From contig JAZQOX010000016.1 in the NCBI GenBank assembly GCA_045628105.1, positions 2,419 through 66,418 of the forward strand: a DNA stretch of 64,000 bases. Direction: 5' to 3'. Each line of letters opens with the position of its first letter. The stretch's first letter is position 1. The notes under the pieces were generated by a model. It had not been told where the DNA came from. It saw only the letters and a list, made by a program, of their open reading frames with translations, and did not search any database. This document shows positions 1 through 11,196 of the stretch, piece by piece. A program made the position numbers and the translations under genes. Source of the stretch: Clostridia bacterium. Its GTDB lineage: Bacteria > Bacillota > Clostridia > TANB77 > CAG-508.

Positions 1-3000
1 GAAAAAGAAAAACACATAGGATATTATTTAATTGGTGATGGAGAAAAAGAGTTAAATAAAAAATTAGGAATAAGAAGAGTAAAAAGTGTAAAAAAAGCAA
101 CAAGTTATATATCTATAATATGGATTTGCACGATAGTATTAAGCACAATTGTTGGATTTTATATTTATAGTAAAATTAATTTGGCAATGTCAATAATAGT
201 AACATGTTTTACGTTTATACCAGTGTCAGAGATTGTTATACAAGTAATAAACTACATTTTAGGAAAGGTAATTAAACCAAGCTTAATACCAAAACTAAGC
301 TTAAATGATGGAATTCCAGAAGAATATTGTACAATGGTTGTAATACCGACTATTATAAACAGTAAAGAAAAGGTTAAAGAATTATTTCATAAAATAGAAG
401 TATATTATTTGGCAAATAAAGAGGAAAATTTATATTTCAGTTTACTTGGAGATTGTACAGCTTCAAAAAATGAAATGGAACAATTTGATGAAGAAGTAAT
501 AAATGCAGGTATAGAGGAAGCTGAAAAATTAAACAAAAAATATGTTAAAAATAATGAGAAAGATAAGTTTTATTTTTTATACAGAAATCGAGTATGGAGT
601 AGAGGCGAAAAATGTTATTTGGGTTGGGAAAGAAAAAGGGGAATGCTTTGTCAATTTAATGATTTTTTGCTAACAGGTAATAATGAGTTTCGAACAAATA
701 CAATAAAAAACAGACTAAAAATAAAGTATGTAATAACACTAGATTCAGATACAAATCTAGTCCTTGGAACAGCAAAAGAATTAATTGGTGCGATGGCACA
801 TGTTTTAAATAGGCCTGTATTTGATCAAGAAAAAAATGTAATAACATCCGGACATGCATTAATTCAACCAAGAGTAGGTGTAGATTTAAATTCAAGTAGA
901 AAGAGTTTGTTTTCAAAAATATATGCAGGACTAGGAGGAACTGATTCATATACAAATGCAGTATCAGATATATATCAAGATAACTTTGATGAAGGAAGTT
1001 TTACAGGAAAAGGAATATACGATTTAGAATTATTTCACAAAATATTATGTAATGAAATTCCGGAAAACACAGTATTAAGCCACGACTTGTTGGAGGGAAG
1101 TTACTTAAGATGTGGCTTAGCAACAGATATTTTGGTAATGGATGGATTCCCTTTTAAATATTCAAGTTATATGACAAGAGCAAAACGTTGGACAAGAGGA
1201 GACTGGCAAATTTTAGACTGGACAAAAAATGTAATAACAGTTAAAGATAAATCAAAAAAGATAAATCCTTTAAATAAACTATCAAAATTCAAAATACTGG
1301 ACAATTTGAGAAGAAGTTTAATTGCACCAACTGTTACAATACTATTGATAATTTGTGTTATATTAGAAAATTTAAATAAACCTAATAATTTGATATTTTT
1401 ACTAGCTATTATTACATTAACAATACCAACAATTTTAGATATTATAAATCATATCGTTTTCAAGAAGAGTGTTAATACAGAATATATTATGGCTCATAAA
1501 AACATAATTCCATATATTGGGGGAATGAAACTTAGTATTATTAGGGGATTTATAGAACTAATTACTTTACCACATAAAGCATTTTCTATGATAGAATGTA
1601 TTATTAAAACTCTATACAGAATGAAAGTATCTAAACAGAATTTACTTGAATGGATGACTTCAGAAGAAGCAGAACAGCAAAATAAAAATGATTTAAAATC
1701 ATACTTTAAAAATATGCCAGCAAATTGGATTAGTGGATTAATTTTAATAATTTTAGGCATTACAAATTTTAAAATACAATTCTTAATATTTGGCTTTCTT
1801 TTTTTTACAGCTCCAATAATAATATGGTATATAAGTCAAGAAGAGAAAGAAAATAATCCAGTAAAAGAGTTATCTACTGAAAATGTAGATTATTTAAAAG
1901 AAATAGCAAAAAAAACATGGGAGTTTTTCTATGAAAATATAAACGAAAAGAATAATTTTTTACCACCAGATAATTTTCAAGAAGATAGAAAGGAAAAAAT
2001 TGCTCATAGGACATCACCAACAAATATAGGGTTAGGCCTTTTAACAATATGTGCTGGATGCGATATGAAATTCATATCTAAGGACGAAGCAATGGAATTA
2101 ATAGAAAAAATGTTGTCAACAATAGAGAAAATGCAAAAATGGAATGGACATTTATACAACTGGTATAATACATTAAACTTGGAACCACTAATTCCAAAAT
2201 ATGTTTCAACTGTAGATAGTGGAAATTTTATAGGATATCTTTTAACATTAAAGCAATTTATTATTGAAATAGGTGATAAAAGAAAAGACAACATTTTAAA
2301 CATTTTGGATAAATTAATAGATAACACAAAATTTTCAGTATTATACGATTCCCAAAAGAGACTTTTCTCAATAGGCTTTAATGTTGAAGAAAATAAACTT
2401 ACAGATTCATATTACGATTTATTAGCATCAGAAGCAAGACAAGCAAGTTTAATTGCAATTGCAAAAAGAGAAGTGCCAAGTAAACATTGGGGATATTTAA
2501 GCAGAACGCTTACAAATTTACACAGATATAAAGGATTAATTTCGTGGTCTGGTACAGCTTTTGAATATTTAATGCCAAATATAAATGTTAGAACATACAA
2601 AGGAAGCGTGCTAGATGAATCATGTAGATTTATGCTGATGAGTCAAAAAGAATATGCAAAAAAAGTAGGAATACCATGGGGTATATCAGAAGCCGCATTT
2701 AATTTAAGAGATTTAAATAATAATTATCAGTATAAGGCATTTGGAATACCATGGCTTGGATTAAAAAGAGGACTAGAAGAAGACATGGTTGTGTCATCAT
2801 ATGCAATTTTTCTAAGCTTAATGTATGATCCAAAAGGTGCAATAGCAAATTTGAAAATTTTAGAAAATCAAGGCATGTTTGGAAAATATGGCTTTTATGA
2901 ATCAATAGATTATACCACAGATAGATTGAGCTATGGAAAATTATATGAACCAGTTAGAACATATATGGCACATCATCAAGGCCTAATTCTTTTATCAATT

Positions 3001-6000
3001 AATAATTTAATTAACAATAATATTTTTGTAAAACGATTTGAAAAAAATCCAGAAATAGAAGCTGTAGATATTTTGCTACAAGAAAGAATGCCAGAGAAAG
3101 CAATTATAACAAAGGAAACAAAAGAAAAAGTTGAAAAATTAAAAGTTAAAGATTACGAAAAATATCTAGAAAAGACATATACAAAAATTAATACTCCATT
3201 AAATGAAATTAATGTTATATCAAATGGAAAGTATACAATAGTATCAGATTTAAAAGGAAATGGATATAGTAAATTAAACAATATTATGATTAATAGATAT
3301 AAAGAAACAGCAGATTATAAACAAGGAATTATATTTTATATTAAAAATTTAACAACAAAACAAGTATATTCAAATTTACCTGAAAAAGGAAGTAAGGTGA
3401 TATTTGCACCAGATAAAATAATATATGATAAAACAGAAGGAAATATAAATGTAAAAACAAAAATAACAGTTTCACCAGAGGAAAACGTAGAAATTCGAAG
3501 GCTAGAATTAACCAATAACGGAATAGGAACGGAAACAATAGAAGTTACAAGTTATTTTGAACCAGTACTTTCAACAGCAGAACAGGATTATGCACATCCT
3601 GCATTCAATAATTTGTTTTTAAATTATAAAGCAACAAATGGAAATATAATTGTTAAAAGAAAAAAAAGAGGACATAAACAAAAAGATATTTATATGGGTG
3701 TCAATTTGTATCCTGAAAACGAGACGGTTGGAGATGTAGAATATGAAATAGATAAAGAAAAAATTCTTGGAAAAGGAAATATAAAAATTCCGGATGCAAT
3801 AAAAAATTCTAGACCATTTTCTAAAAATTTAGGATTAGTTACAGATTCAGGACTAGCGATAAAAAGAACAGTCAAGATTGAACCAGGGAAAGGTGCAACT
3901 TTAGATTTAATTATTACAGTTGGTTATACAGAAGAAATAATAGAGAAAAATTTAAATGATTATTTAAATAAAAATACTGTAAGTAAAACATTTGAACTAG
4001 CTAGAGCAAAAACAGAAGCGGAAACTATGTATTTAGGCTTAACCGGAAATGATATAATAAAATATAAAAAAATATTGGCATATTTATTATTTGAAAATCC
4101 AATGAAGTCAGAAACTATGGGAAAAATATCAAATAGAGTGTATGCACAGAGTGAATTATGGAAGTTTGGAATATCTGGGGATTTACCGATTTTACTTGTA
4201 AAAATAAAAGACGTAAATGATATTCATGTAATAAGAGATGTACTAAAAGCACAGGAATTTTACAGAAGTAAAAACATAAAAATAGATTTAGTAATTTTAA
4301 ATCAAGAGAAAAATAGCTATGAACACTATATAAAATATGATATAGAAAACGAAATTCAAAATAAACAATTGGGCTTTTTAAAAAATACATTTGGAGGAAT
4401 TTATGTAATTAATACGAGCGAAATTACAAAAGAAGATCTTGAATTATTAGAATTTAGAAGTAATTTAAGTTTAGATGCTTCACTTGGAAACATCGAGGCA
4501 CAGCTAAAAGATATGGAAGAAGAATATGAAGAACAAAAAAGTATAATAGGAGAGGAAAACAAAATAGCAATAGTAAATACAAGTGAAGTGGAAACAATAA
4601 ATGAAGATTATTCAGAACTAAAATATTATAATGATTTTGGCGGATTTGATAAAGATGGATTAGAATATAAAATAAAAGTAAACAATGAAAATAAATTACC
4701 AACAGTATGGGTAAACATACTTGCAAATAAAAATTTCGGAACAGTTATAACGCAGAATTTAGGAGGATTTACATGGAGTAAAAATAGTAGACTAAATAGA
4801 ATATCAGCATGGAACAATAATGCGGTTATGGATATTCCATCAGAAATAATATATATAAAAAATAAAGAAACTGGGGAAAACTGGAGTTTAAATCAAAATA
4901 TTTCAGCAAGAAATATGGAATATTATTTAACATATGGATTTGGATATGTTAATTTAAAAACAAAGAAAGATGATATAATTCACGATTTGGATATATTTGT
5001 TGCAAAAGAAAATAGTGTAAAAATAAATCTTTTAAAGCTAAAAAACACATCTAACAAAAAGAAAAAACTAAAAATTTTATACTATATAAAACCAGTATTA
5101 GGAGAAGATGAATTAAAGACAAGTGGATATATAAATGTTGAATTACAAAATAATGTAGTGTTGGCAAAAAATATGTATACAGATAATTTTAAAAATGAAG
5201 TTGTTTATTGTGGAAGTAGTGAAAAAATACTATCATTTACTGGAAGCAAAGAAGATTTTATTGGAGAAAATACAATATGTGAGCCTAAAGCATTAAATAC
5301 AATAGGACTAGGAAATAAAAAAGGGCTAGGTAATAAAACATGCATTGCAGAAGAAATAGAAGTCGCTTTAGAACCATTTGAAAATAAAGAAATTACGCTA
5401 TTTTTAGGAGCAGAAGAAGCCCTAATAAATGCAAAAGACATGGCATACAAATACTCTAAAGTAGCAAATGCAAAAGAAGAATTAAATTTAGTAAAAAGTT
5501 TTTGGTATGAACTATTAACTAGAATTCAAGTAAAAACACCATTAGAATCAATGAATATTATGCTTAACGGGTGGGCAATATATCAAACTATAAATTCAAG
5601 ATTATGGGCAAGAACTGGATATTACCAATCAGGGGGAGCAATAGGCTTTAGAGACCAACTTCAAGATACACTTGGAATTAAATATTTAGAACCAGAGCTA
5701 ATGAAAAATCAAATTATAAAACAAGCAAGTCATCAATTTATTGAAGGAGATGTAGAACATTGGTGGCATGAAGAAACAAAAAGGGGTATAAGAACTAGAT
5801 TTTCAGACGATTTATTATGGCTAGTTTATGTTGTATGCGAATATGTTGAATTTACAGGAGATACAAGTATATTAGATATAGAAACACCATATTTAAAAGG
5901 AGAAGTACTAGAAGATGATGTAGATGAAAGGTATGACCTATACCCAGACTCAGAAATTAAGGAAAGTATTTTAAAACACTGTATAAGAGCAATAGAAAAA

Positions 6001-7005
6001 TCACTAAAATTTGGAGAAAATGGGCTTCCAAAAATAGGCTCAGGGGATTGGAATGACGGAATGAATACAGTAGGCAATAAAAAAAGGGGAGAAAGTGTTT
6101 GGCTAGGATTTTTCCTATATGAGGCATTAAGCCGATTTATCAACATTTGTGGAGAAAAAGTGGATGAAAATAACATAAAACGTTACAAAAACATTCAGGA
6201 AAGCTTAAAAAAAGCACTAAATACAGCAGGCTGGGATGGAAGATGGTTTAAAAGAGCATTTACGGATGACGGAGAACCAATTGGAAGTATAGAAAATGAA
6301 GAATGTAGAATAGATAGCATATCACAAAGTTGGGGAGTAATATCAGGAGCGGCAGAAAATGATAAAAAATATATATCAATGGAAAGCTTAGAAAATCATT
6401 TAATAGATAAAGAAAACGGAATAATCAAACTATTAGATCCGCCATTCAACAAAACAAAAATAGAACCAGGATATATAAAAGCATATCTACCAGGAGTAAG
6501 AGAAAATGGAGGACAATACACACATGCTGCCATGTGGGCAATAATTGCAATGTGCAAATTAGGATTCGGAGATAAAGCAGTAGAATATTATAGAATGATA
6601 AACCCAATAGAACACTCAAGAACAAAAGAAACAGCACTAAAATACAAAGTAGAACCATATGTAATACCAGCAGATATATACGGAGCAGAAAGCTTAATAG
6701 GAAGAGGAGGATGGACCTGGTATACAGGCTCAAGTAGCTGGTTTTATAAAGCAGGAATAGAAAACATACTAGGGCTAAATATCAAAAACAATATATTAAA
6801 AATAGAACCATGTATACCGAAAGACTGGAAAGAATACACTATAAAATACAGATACAAAAACAGCATATACAACATAAAAGTAAAAAACGAAAATGGGAAA
6901 AATACTGGAATAGAAAAATTCTATTTAAACGGAAAAGAAATAGAAGAAAAGCAAATAGAATTAGATGGAAGCGGTGGAATTTATGAAATAGAAGCAATAA
7001 TGTAA
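1..7005 (+). CDS. Giant multidomain glucan synthase-like protein (NdvB/Cgs-like: GT84 glycosyltransferase region, transmembrane block, C-terminal GH94 glycoside-phosphorylase-like domain); 5' end lies upstream of window
   Basis: Frame 1 is open from base 1 with no stop before the annotated Met at 181, so the ORF is 5'-truncated by the window edge and exceeds 2334 aa. The product shows hydrophobic TM clusters in the middle and cellobiose-phosphorylase-like motifs in the C-terminal third. Stop TAA at 7003-7005 is followed by a palindromic repeat and a hairpin terminator. Confidence 0.6.
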   Translation, partial: EKEKHIGYYLIGDGEKELNKKLGIRRVKSVKKATSYISIIWICTIVLSTIVGFYIYSKINLAMSIIVTCFTFIPVSEIVIQVINYILGKVIKPSLIPKLSLNDGIPEEYCTMVVIPTIINSKEKVKELFHKIEVYYLANKEENLYFSLLGDCTASKNEMEQFDEEVINAGIEEAEKLNKKYVKNNEKDKFYFLYRNRVWSRGEKCYLGWERKRGMLCQFNDFLLTGNNEFRTNTIKNRLKIKYVITLDSDTNLVLGTAKELIGAMAHVLNRPVFDQEKNVITSGHALIQPRVGVDLNSSRKSLFSKIYAGLGGTDSYTNAVSDIYQDNFDEGSFTGKGIYDLELFHKILCNEIPENTVLSHDLLEGSYLRCGLATDILVMDGFPFKYSSYMTRAKRWTRGDWQILDWTKNVITVKDKSKKINPLNKLSKFKILDNLRRSLIAPTVTILLIICVILENLNKPNNLIFLLAIITLTIPTILDIINHIVFKKSVNTEYIMAHKNIIPYIGGMKLSIIRGFIELITLPHKAFSMIECIIKTLYRMKVSKQNLLEWMTSEEAEQQNKNDLKSYFKNMPANWISGLILIILGITNFKIQFLIFGFLFFTAPIIIWYISQEEKENNPVKELSTENVDYLKEIAKKTWEFFYENINEKNNFLPPDNFQEDRKEKIAHRTSPTNIGLGLLTICAGCDMKFISKDEAMELIEKMLSTIEKMQKWNGHLYNWYNTLNLEPLIPKYVSTVDSGNFIGYLLTLKQFIIEIGDKRKDNILNILDKLIDNTKFSVLYDSQKRLFSIGFNVEENKLTDSYYDLLASEARQASLIAIAKREVPSKHWGYLSRTLTNLHRYKGLISWSGTAFEYLMPNINVRTYKGSVLDESCRFMLMSQKEYAKKVGIPWGISEAAFNLRDLNNNYQYKAFGIPWLGLKRGLEEDMVVSSYAIFLSLMYDPKGAIANLKILENQGMFGKYGFYESIDYTTDRLSYGKLYEPVRTYMAHHQGLILLSINNLINNNIFVKRFEKNPEIEAVDILLQERMPEKAIITKETKEKVEKLKVKDYEKYLEKTYTKINTPLNEINVISNGKYTIVSDLKGNGYSKLNNIMINRYKETADYKQGIIFYIKNLTTKQVYSNLPEKGSKVIFAPDKIIYDKTEGNINVKTKITVSPEENVEIRRLELTNNGIGTETIEVTSYFEPVLSTAEQDYAHPAFNNLFLNYKATNGNIIVKRKKRGHKQKDIYMGVNLYPENETVGDVEYEIDKEKILGKGNIKIPDAIKNSRPFSKNLGLVTDSGLAIKRTVKIEPGKGATLDLIITVGYTEEIIEKNLNDYLNKNTVSKTFELARAKTEAETMYLGLTGNDIIKYKKILAYLLFENPMKSETMGKISNRVYAQSELWKFGISGDLPILLVKIKDVNDIHVIRDVLKAQEFYRSKNIKIDLVILNQEKNSYEHYIKYDIENEIQNKQLGFLKNTFGGIYVINTSEITKEDLELLEFRSNLSLDASLGNIEAQLKDMEEEYEEQKSIIGEENKIAIVNTSEVETINEDYSELKYYNDFGGFDKDGLEYKIKVNNENKLPTVWVNILANKNFGTVITQNLGGFTWSKNSRLNRISAWNNNAVMDIPSEIIYIKNKETGENWSLNQNISARNMEYYLTYGFGYVNLKTKKDDIIHDLDIFVAKENSVKINLLKLKNTSNKKKKLKILYYIKPVLGEDELKTSGYINVELQNNVVLAKNMYTDNFKNEVVYCGSSEKILSFTGSKEDFIGENTICEPKALNTIGLGNKKGLGNKTCIAEEIEVALEPFENKEITLFLGAEEALINAKDMAYKYSKVANAKEELNLVKSFWYELLTRIQVKTPLESMNIMLNGWAIYQTINSRLWARTGYYQSGGAIGFRDQLQDTLGIKYLEPELMKNQIIKQASHQFIEGDVEHWWHEETKRGIRTRFSDDLLWLVYVVCEYVEFTGDTSILDIETPYLKGEVLEDDVDERYDLYPDSEIKESILKHCIRAIEKSLKFGENGLPKIGSGDWNDGMNTVGNKKRGESVWLGFFLYEALSRFINICGEKVDENNIKRYKNIQESLKKALNTAGWDGRWFKRAFTDDGEPIGSIENEECRIDSISQSWGVISGAAENDKKYISMESLENHLIDKENGIIKLLDPPFNKTKIEPGYIKAYLPGVRENGGQYTHAAMWAIIAMCKLGFGDKAVEYYRMINPIEHSRTKETALKYKVEPYVIPADIYGAESLIGRGGWTWYTGSSSWFYKAGIENILGLNIKNNILKIEPCIPKDWKEYTIKYRYKNSIYNIKVKNENGKNTGIEKFYLNGKEIEEKQIELDGSGGIYEIEAIM

Positions 7006-7012
7006 AAAAATA

Positions 7013-7041
7013 TCCCAATTTAAATACGTCCCCAATTGGGA
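7013..7041. repeat. Palindromic intergenic repeat unit (TCCCAATT-TAAATACGTCCCC-AATTGGGA), member of a window-wide REP-like family
   Basis: Perfect 8-bp stem CCCAATT/AATTGGG flanking a GTCCCC core. A near-identical unit is at 17931-17957 and an inverted copy at 17896-17924. Confidence 0.7.
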
Positions 7042-7076
7042 AAAAACTCTCTCCTAAAAAAGAGAGAGTTTTTTAT
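7036..7076. terminator. Bidirectional rho-independent terminator between the glucan-synthase-like gene and the convergent gene
   Basis: Hairpin AACTCTCTC-CTAAAAAA-GAGAGAGTT flanked by A-run and T-run. Confidence 0.6.
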
Positions 7077-7083
7077 ACAAGAT

Positions 7084-7512
7084 TTAAAGATATTTTTTTA
7101 AATCTTGTATATTCTTTTCTTGTAATCGTACAAAATCGGATAGAACATTTTTAACTTCATTGTCTAAAAATTCGTGATTATTTAAAAGTTTTATTCCTTT
7201 TACAATACCCATGTCATTTCCTTGTATTAGAAGTTCTGATAATTGTGAGTTACTTGTGTCATTTGCTGTGTTAAATTGAATTCCCATCCATGACATTGCT
7301 TTTTGAAATGCAGGCGTGTCTTCCATTTTAACATTTCTTTGTCCAAGCAGTTCTTGAGTTCTATCATAAATATTTTGATATTCATCTTGCTGAGTAGTAA
7401 GTAAATTCTTAAATTCTTCATCTTCGGCTTTTTTCATTACAGTTGTAATGGCATCCATGCCCATTCTTGAATTTTTGTTAACTTCTTGCAAAATTTCTGT
7501 TTCTTGATCCAT
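7084..7512 (-). CDS. Hypothetical protein (142 aa), possibly spore coat F-like helical protein
   Basis: Complete ORF convergent with upstream gene; no recognisable catalytic motifs. Confidence 0.4.
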   Translation of the reverse strand: MDQETEILQEVNKNSRMGMDAITTVMKKAEDEEFKNLLTTQQDEYQNIYDRTQELLGQRNVKMEDTPAFQKAMSWMGIQFNTANDTSNSQLSELLIQGNDMGIVKGIKLLNNHEFLDNEVKNVLSDFVRLQEKNIQDLKKYL

Positions 7513-7650
7513 ACAAACATCTCCTTTAAAAATAATACTAATAGTTTGCCCAATTATGTAAAAAATATAAGTAAAATCATTGCAAACTAAGGAAGATTAT
7601 TATATAATAAACGAAGCGTATAAATTTAAATAGAGAGGGGATTTTTTTGT

Positions 7651-8787
7651 ATGATTAAAAAAGTTGCAATTATTACAAATGGTGGAGATTGTCCGGGACT
7701 AAATGCGGTTATAAGAGCAATTGTAAAAACTGCAGAAAACAATGGGGTTGAATGTTACGGATATATTGAAGGATATAGAGGACTTTATGAAAACAATTAT
7801 ATTAAATTAGATTCAAACGGAAGTGCTTCTGGATTATTACATAGAGGTGGAACTATAATAGGAGCATCAAATAGTACAAATCTTTTTAATTTAAAAGTTG
7901 AAGAAAATGGTCAAACAATTTATAAAGATGTATCTGATATATGTGTTGAAAATGTAAAAAAAGCTGGATTTGACTGTATATTTACATTAGGAGGAGATGG
8001 AACACAAAAATCAGCAAGAGACTTTTCACTAAAAGGATTAAACATAATTGGAGTTCCAAAAACAATAGATAACGATGTTGCACATTGCGAAATGACATTT
8101 GGATATAATACGGCAGTTTCAGTTGCAACTGAAGCATTAGATAGATTACATTCAACAGCAGAATCTCATCATAGAGTAATGGTACTAGAAGTAATGGGAA
8201 GATACGCTGGATGGATAGCATTAGAATCAGCAATAGCTGGTGGTGCAGATGTAGCTTTAATACCAGAAATTCCTTATGATATAAATAAAGTTGTAGAAAA
8301 AATAAATGCAAGAAAAAAATCTGGCAAAAAATTTAGTATAGTTGTTGTTTCAGAGGGTGCTAAACCAAAGGATGGAGAATTAACAATAAAGAAAACTTTA
8401 AATGATGGAAGCGGATTAGATAATGTTAGACTTGGAGGAATTGGAGATAAGCTTGCAAATGATATAGAAGAACTTACTGGAATGACATCAAGAAATACAA
8501 CACTTGGATATGTACAAAGAGGCGGAACACCAACATCTTATGATAGAATACTTTCAACAAAATATGGATATAAAGCAATGGAACTTGCATTGGAAGAAAA
8601 ATTTAATGTGTTAGTAACATTAAAAGACGGAAAATTAGGATATGTTGCATTAGAAGATGTAGTAGGAAATAACAAAGAAATAGGAGCAAGATCTGGCGGA
8701 ACTGAAAGCACAAATATTAAAAACATAAAAATGAATGATGATTTAATTAAAGTAGCAAGAAATTTAGGAATATGCTTAGGGGACTAG
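7651..8787 (+). CDS. pfkA: 6-phosphofructokinase (PfkA/Pfp family, 378 aa)
   Basis: N-terminal GGDCPGLNAVIRA and internal TLGGDGT motifs typical of PFK; RBS AGAGAGGGG upstream of ATG. Confidence 0.8.
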   Translation: MIKKVAIITNGGDCPGLNAVIRAIVKTAENNGVECYGYIEGYRGLYENNYIKLDSNGSASGLLHRGGTIIGASNSTNLFNLKVEENGQTIYKDVSDICVENVKKAGFDCIFTLGGDGTQKSARDFSLKGLNIIGVPKTIDNDVAHCEMTFGYNTAVSVATEALDRLHSTAESHHRVMVLEVMGRYAGWIALESAIAGGADVALIPEIPYDINKVVEKINARKKSGKKFSIVVVSEGAKPKDGELTIKKTLNDGSGLDNVRLGGIGDKLANDIEELTGMTSRNTTLGYVQRGGTPTSYDRILSTKYGYKAMELALEEKFNVLVTLKDGKLGYVALEDVVGNNKEIGARSGGTESTNIKNIKMNDDLIKVARNLGICLGD

Positions 8788-8811
8788 AAAAGACAAAAGG
8801 AGAGAAAATAA

Positions 8812-10521
8812 ATGATTAATTTTAAAACTGAAATTGCAAATGCAATTGCAAAAGTGACAGAAATAGATGCAAAAGAATTGGAAACATATATAGAAATACC
8901 ACCAAATTCAGATTTAGGTGATTATGCATTTCCATGCTTTAAATTAGCAAAAGCATTAAGAAAAGCACCACCAGTAATTGCACAAGAAATAAAAGAAAAA
9001 ATAGATATTAGCAATGAACTTGTTGAAAAAATAGAAATAGTAGGTGGATATTTAAATATATATGTAAATAAAGAAAAATTAGCAGAAAACGTTTTAAAAG
9101 AAGCCTTTGAACAACAAGAAAAATATGGATCATCAAATATTGGACAAGGAAAGAATGTTGTTATAGATTATTCAGCACCAAACATTGCAAAACCATTCCA
9201 TATAGGACACTTACGTTCAACAGTAATTGGGGGAGCATTATATAAGATTTATAATTTTTTGGGATACAACAGTGTAGGAATTAATTATTTAGGAGACTGG
9301 GGACTTCAATTTGGAAAAGTAATGGCAGGACTTGATATGTGGAAAGAAGAATACGACTTTTCACATGATGAAATACAAAGTATACTAAAAATATATATAA
9401 GATTTAATCAAGAAGAAAAAGAAAATCCGGAACTAACGGAAAAAGCAAGAGAATACTTCAAAAGATTAGAAGATGGAGAAGAAAAAGAAGTAGAAACTTG
9501 GAAATGGGTTAGAAAACTAAGCCTAGAAAATTATCAAAAAACATATAATCTTTTAAACTCAAGATTTGATTCATACAATGGGGAATCATACTATAACGAT
9601 AAAATGGATGCAGTAGTTGACGAATTAAAAGAAAAAGGATTATTACAACCATCAGAAGGTGCCCAAGTAGTTGATTTATCAGAATATGATATGCCACCAT
9701 GCATAATAATAACATCAGCAGGAACAACAATATATGCAACAAGAGATTTAGCTTCTCTAAAAGATAGAATAAATACATACAATTTTGATAAAGCAATTTA
9801 TGTTGTTGGAAATGAGCAAAGATTACATTTTAAACAAGTATTTAAAACATTAGAATTAATGGGATATGAAGAATATGCAAAAAAATGTGAACACGTTCCA
9901 TTTGGACTAGTAGTAGATAAAACTGGAGAAAAAATAGGATCAAGAAAGGGCAATTCAGTATTTCTTGAAGATATTTTAAAAGAAGCAATACAAAAAGTTG
10001 AAAAAATTATTGAAGAAAAAAATCCTAACCTAGAAAACAAAGAAGAAGTTGCAAGAAAAGTTGGAGTTGGGGCAATTATATTTAATGACTTATCAAATAG
10101 CAGAATAAAAGACGAAATATTTGATTGGGATATGCTTTTAAATTTCCAAGGAGAAACGGGACCATATATTCAATACATTTATGTAAGAACAAGAAGTTTA
10201 CTAGAAAAAGCAGGATATGTACCAAATGTAAATAATGTTGATTTTAGCAAATTACAAGAAAAAGAAGCAATTGAAACATTAAAATTAATATATTCATTCA
10301 ATGAATATATTGAAAATGCTGCATCAAAAAATGAACCTTCAATTGTAGCAAGATATTTAATAGATGTAGCTCAAAACTTTAGTAGCTTTTATAATGAACA
10401 TAAAATTATAACAGAAGACAAAGCAGTACAAGACGCAAGACTTGCATTAACATATGTAGTTGGACTTGTATTGAAAACAGGTGTTACATTACTTGGCATG
10501 GAAATGCCAGATAAAATGTAA
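8812..10521 (+). CDS. argS: Arginine--tRNA ligase
   Basis: 569 aa; class I HIGH motif (PFHIGHLRS) and overall ArgRS-like layout. Confidence 0.85.
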   Translation: MINFKTEIANAIAKVTEIDAKELETYIEIPPNSDLGDYAFPCFKLAKALRKAPPVIAQEIKEKIDISNELVEKIEIVGGYLNIYVNKEKLAENVLKEAFEQQEKYGSSNIGQGKNVVIDYSAPNIAKPFHIGHLRSTVIGGALYKIYNFLGYNSVGINYLGDWGLQFGKVMAGLDMWKEEYDFSHDEIQSILKIYIRFNQEEKENPELTEKAREYFKRLEDGEEKEVETWKWVRKLSLENYQKTYNLLNSRFDSYNGESYYNDKMDAVVDELKEKGLLQPSEGAQVVDLSEYDMPPCIIITSAGTTIYATRDLASLKDRINTYNFDKAIYVVGNEQRLHFKQVFKTLELMGYEEYAKKCEHVPFGLVVDKTGEKIGSRKGNSVFLEDILKEAIQKVEKIIEEKNPNLENKEEVARKVGVGAIIFNDLSNSRIKDEIFDWDMLLNFQGETGPYIQYIYVRTRSLLEKAGYVPNVNNVDFSKLQEKEAIETLKLIYSFNEYIENAASKNEPSIVARYLIDVAQNFSSFYNEHKIITEDKAVQDARLALTYVVGLVLKTGVTLLGMEMPDKM

Positions 10522-10544
10522 AAAAATTTAAGGGGGTATTTTAA

Positions 10545-11171
10545 ATGAAAGCAATCGAATTAAAACATCCATTAATTGAACACAAACTAGCAATTTTAAG
10601 GGACAAAAAAACAGGAACAAAGGAATTTAGAGAAATAATTTCAGAGTTGGGAGAAATGCTTTGCTATGAGGCTATGAGAAATGCAAAAACTTATGAAACT
10701 GAAATTGAAACACCTATGGAAAAAATGAAAACAAGAAAAATAGATGAGCAAAACTACGCATTTGTTCCAATTTTAAGAGCAGGAACAGGTATGCTTGACG
10801 GAATAATAAACATGATGCCAAATGCAAAAATAGGACATATTGGAATGTACAGAGATGAGAAAACTTTCAAACCAAATGTTTACTTTTTTAAAGTTCCAAA
10901 AGATATAGAAAAAAGGGAAGTCCTAATTTTGGATCCAATGCTTGCAACAGGTGGTTCAGGATTAGATGCGATTGAACTTCTAAAAGAAAAAGGTGTTAAA
11001 AATATAAAATTCTTGTGTATTATTGCTGCACCAGAAGGAATAAAAGCAATTGAAGAGAAACATCCAGATGTTCAAATTTATACAACATCAATAGATAGAC
11101 AATTAAATGAAAATGCTTACATATTACCAGGACTTGGAGATGCTGGTGATAGAATTTTCGGAACAAAATAG
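10545..11171 (+). CDS. upp: Uracil phosphoribosyltransferase
   Basis: 208 aa; conserved Upp PRPP-binding region (ILDPMLATGGS); RBS AGGGGG upstream. Confidence 0.85.
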   Translation: MKAIELKHPLIEHKLAILRDKKTGTKEFREIISELGEMLCYEAMRNAKTYETEIETPMEKMKTRKIDEQNYAFVPILRAGTGMLDGIINMMPNAKIGHIGMYRDEKTFKPNVYFFKVPKDIEKREVLILDPMLATGGSGLDAIELLKEKGVKNIKFLCIIAAPEGIKAIEEKHPDVQIYTTSIDRQLNENAYILPGLGDAGDRIFGTK

Positions 11172-11196
11172 TTATTTTATAAATAACAAAAATATT

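Noticed and set aside
656-6733. Multiple 60-116-aa minus-strand ORFs inside the giant glucan synthase-like gene
   Set aside because: AT-rich antisense frames rich in Leu/Phe/Ile; no RBS; embedded in a continuous >2300-aa ORF.
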